A DNA stretch of 55,336 nt, from contig JAJZUI010000001.1 of assembly GCA_021847175.1 (NCBI GenBank), forward strand, positions 1 through 55,336, in the 5' to 3' direction. Shown one piece after another: positions 54,669-55,336 of the stretch (within the stretch, counting starts at the first letter, position 1; each line of letters starts with the position of its first letter). Position numbers and translations under genes: made by a program. Source of the stretch: Pseudomonadota bacterium. GTDB taxonomy: Bacteria; Pseudomonadota; Alphaproteobacteria; Acetobacterales; Acetobacteraceae. The notes under the pieces were generated by a model. It searched no databases. It was not told where the DNA came from and worked only from the letters and a program-made list of their open reading frames with translations.

Positions 54669-55336
54669 ATGGACACCACCGCCCCGAGTGTCGCGACATC
54701 GGCTTCTGCGAGCTGCGCCAGCGACGGCTGCTGCCACGCGGCGGACGTCCCTCCGCCCGACACCCCGGAACGCCCGGCCCTCATCGGCGAAGCCTTCACG
54801 CTCGAATGGCTGACCGTGGCATGGCTCGTCATCGAGATCGCCGTCGCCCTCGCATCCGCCGTCGCCGCCGGCAGCCTCCTGCTGCTCGCCTTCGGCCTCG
54901 ACAGCGTCATCGAGCTCGCCTCCGCCGGCGTGCTGATCCGGCGCCTGTCGGTGGAACTGCGGCACGGCGAGGCGTTTTCCGAGGATGCGGAACACCTCGC
55001 GAGCCGGATCGGCGGCTTCCTGCTCTTCGCGCTCGCGGCCTATGTCGTCGCGTCCGCCGGGTGGAGCCTGTGGACGCACCAGGGGGCGGAATTCTCTCTC
55101 CCGGGTCTCGTGCTGTGCGTCCTTGCGATCCCGATCATGCGCTATCTCGCGAGCCGGAAGCTCGCTGTCGCCGGGAAGCTCGGAAGCCGCGCGCTCCGCG
55201 CCGACGCCATGGAAAGCATCACCTGCGGCTGGCTGTCCTTCGCGGTCGTTGTCGGCCTCGCCGCCCAGTTCCTGTTCCGCGCCTGGTGGATCGACCCCGT
55301 CGCCTCCCTCGCCATCGTCTGGCTCCTCGTGAAAGA
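54669..55336 (+). CDS. cation diffusion facilitator-like metal efflux protein, 3' end outside window
   Basis: Not in the ORF track because no stop falls within the window. My translation from ATG 54669 is MDTTAPSVATSASASCASDGCCHAAD... It has a Cys/His-rich N-terminus, TM helices with LAFGLDSVIELASAG and LRADAMESITC motifs, and is open to the window end. Confidence 0.7.
   Translation, partial: MDTTAPSVATSASASCASDGCCHAADVPPPDTPERPALIGEAFTLEWLTVAWLVIEIAVALASAVAAGSLLLLAFGLDSVIELASAGVLIRRLSVELRHGEAFSEDAEHLASRIGGFLLFALAAYVVASAGWSLWTHQGAEFSLPGLVLCVLAIPIMRYLASRKLAVAGKLGSRALRADAMESITCGWLSFAVVVGLAAQFLFRAWWIDPVASLAIVWLLVK

Overview
High-GC (about 70% by eye) chromosomal segment that looks alphaproteobacterial. 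The evidence is inferential: a short FtsY, the dapF-mtaB-ftsY, kdsD-lptCAB-rpoN-hpf and rpmH-rnpA-yidD-yidC-engB-argB gene orders, an hsp20-DUF1150 pair, and an IS66 element. About 90% of the window is tightly packed core housekeeping with many 1-4 nt start/stop overlaps. This includes lepA, pheST-rplT-rpmI, dapF/dapD/dapE, gltBD, def-fmt-truA, and tRNA-Ser(GGA) and tRNA-Leu(CAG). I see four accessory or unusual parts. (1) The left edge carries the 3' part of a large serine recombinase gene, facing the 3' end of tRNA-Ser, which suggests an island boundary. (2) An intact IS66-family element (13519-16498) has GTAAGCG termini and a perfect 8-bp target duplication, and carries an extra lower-GC passenger ORF that looks DUF4279-like. 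(3) A decayed, lower-GC polysaccharide locus (about 44.95-46.85 kb) holds a frameshifted and truncated Wzx-like flippase, a GT-B fragment, one intact GT2 and a PIG-L remnant. (4) Several unexplained but intact modules: a GS-like/FGase-like/isochorismatase-like trio directly after rpoN-hpf, a PAS-GAF-GGDEF gene overlapping a DUF2336 gene, and a flavoprotein disulfide reductase homologue with no redox cysteines overlapping a patatin-like phospholipase. I found no CRISPR array, rRNA, prophage or recognisable defence system. The long Arg/Pro/Gly/Ala-rich ORFs antisense to conserved genes are high-GC artefacts. All family names come from reading motifs in the translations, not from database searches.
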